From positions 42,769,336 through 42,833,335 of the forward strand of contig NC_068983.1 in assembly GCF_001194135.2 (NCBI RefSeq): a DNA stretch of 64,000 bases, given 5' to 3'. Below are positions 62,963 through 64,000 of the stretch, piece by piece (position 1 is the first letter of the stretch; every line of letters starts with the position of its first letter). The stretch is from Octopus bimaculoides. Lineage: Eukaryota. A program made the translations under genes and the position numbers. The notes under the pieces were generated by a model that ran no database searches, had not been told where the DNA came from, and saw nothing but the letters and a program-made list of their open reading frames with translations.

Positions 62963-63724
62963 AGAAAAGTATATATATATATATATATAACGTGAGAGAG
63001 TTAGGGGTTGGGGGTTCAACCCACTAAGGGATAGTATCTATCCAGTATACTGCTGGGAGGGTACCCAATTATTGCTACACTAGTGCTATACTAGGTGCAA
63101 TCAATGGGAGCGGGTAAAAGTGGAGGTTTTACCCAAAATTTGTGTAACAATTAGAAAATGGAGGATAATATGCTGAACCCAACTACTTGCAGACGGTGTA
63201 TCCCGTTGAATTCATTAATTTAATTCATAGCAAAAGTGACAAAAAAAAAGAAAGAAACAACCAAAGCACAGGTGTCCNNNNNNNNNNNNNNNNNNNNNNN
63301 NNNNNNNNNNNNNNNNNNNNNNNNNNNNNNNNNNNNNNNNNNNNNNNNNNNNNNNNNNNNNNNNNNNNNNNNNNNNNNNNNNNNNNNNNNNNNNNNNNNN
63401 NNNNNNNNNNNNNNNNNNNNNNNNNNNNNNNNNNNNNNNNNNNNNNNNNNNNNNNNNNNNNNNNNNNNNNNNNNNNNNNNNNNNNNNNNNNNNNNNNNNN
63501 NNNNNNNNNNNNNNNNNNNNNNNNNNNNNNNNNNNNNNNNNNNNNNNNNNNNNNNNNNNNNNNNNNNNNNNNNNNNNNNNNNNNNNNNNNNNNNNNNNNN
63601 NNNNNNNNNNNNNNNNNNNNNNNNNNNNNNNNNNNNNNNNNNNNNNNNNNNNNNATATATATATATATATATATATATACATAAGTAATCGATAATACCA
63701 GCAACAATAATTTAGATGAGTATT

Positions 63725-63885
63725 TTTGCCAAATTTGGTGAAAAATTTGTGGCGGTGTATTGAACAGATTTTCACCAAATTTGACAAGGATACTCATAAC
63801 CCTAACCCTAACCCTAAAACCATAACCCTAACCCTAACCCTAACCCTAAAACCATAACCCTAACCCTAACCCTAAAACCCTAAAG
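63725..63885. repeat. Hairpin plus interstitial (CCCTAA)n array, probably part of a Helentron-like element
   Basis: aaatttggtgaaaa (63731-44) / ttttcaccaaattt (63769-82), then (TAACCC)3-4 blocks punctuated by TAAAACCA at 63797-63883. Confidence 0.75.
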
Positions 63886-64000
63886 CTAAAACCAGTACAA
63901 ACGCACGAACGATGTCATAAATAACAGTACCGCCGATAGTTGTTGTTGACAAACAACGGCACTAATTTTATTCAAGGGAAAAGATCCCATTACACCGACA

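Noticed and set aside
63797-63883. True chromosome end
   Set aside because: The array is short, degenerate and followed by non-telomeric sequence.

Overview
AT-rich, repeat-saturated animal genomic DNA from a draft assembly. It has ten N-gaps, mostly beside (TA)n/(GA)n runs. The SINE families look like those of Octopus (inference from repeat content, not a database hit). No complete protein-coding, tRNA or rRNA gene and no CRISPR array can be supported. Most of the window consists of five interspersed families, given working names here. A and C are (GAT)n-tailed elements. D is a tRNA-headed SINE with a central microsatellite. E is a ~230-bp SINE. F is a tRNA-headed ~385-bp SINE. Also present are decayed RTE and Tx1/L1-like LINE fragments, hAT/piggyBac/Tc1-type MITEs with intact TIRs and TSDs, Helentron-like elements and microsatellites. 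The most notable signal is a Penelope-like element (PLE)/hammerhead-ribozyme theme. It comprises a 5'-truncated PLE with a GIY-YIG endonuclease and an inverted terminal duplication (13.5-15.1 kb), a hammerhead-like core just downstream of it, a tRNA-headed hammerhead-bearing element with a PLE-style inversion (44.3-44.7 kb) and a third decayed hammerhead (50.3 kb). CpG is visibly depleted left of ~54 kb and retained to the right. There, a candidate minus-strand first coding exon (61291-61187) has its AUG in a hairpin loop, suggesting the window is largely the intronic body of an unidentified minus-strand gene.
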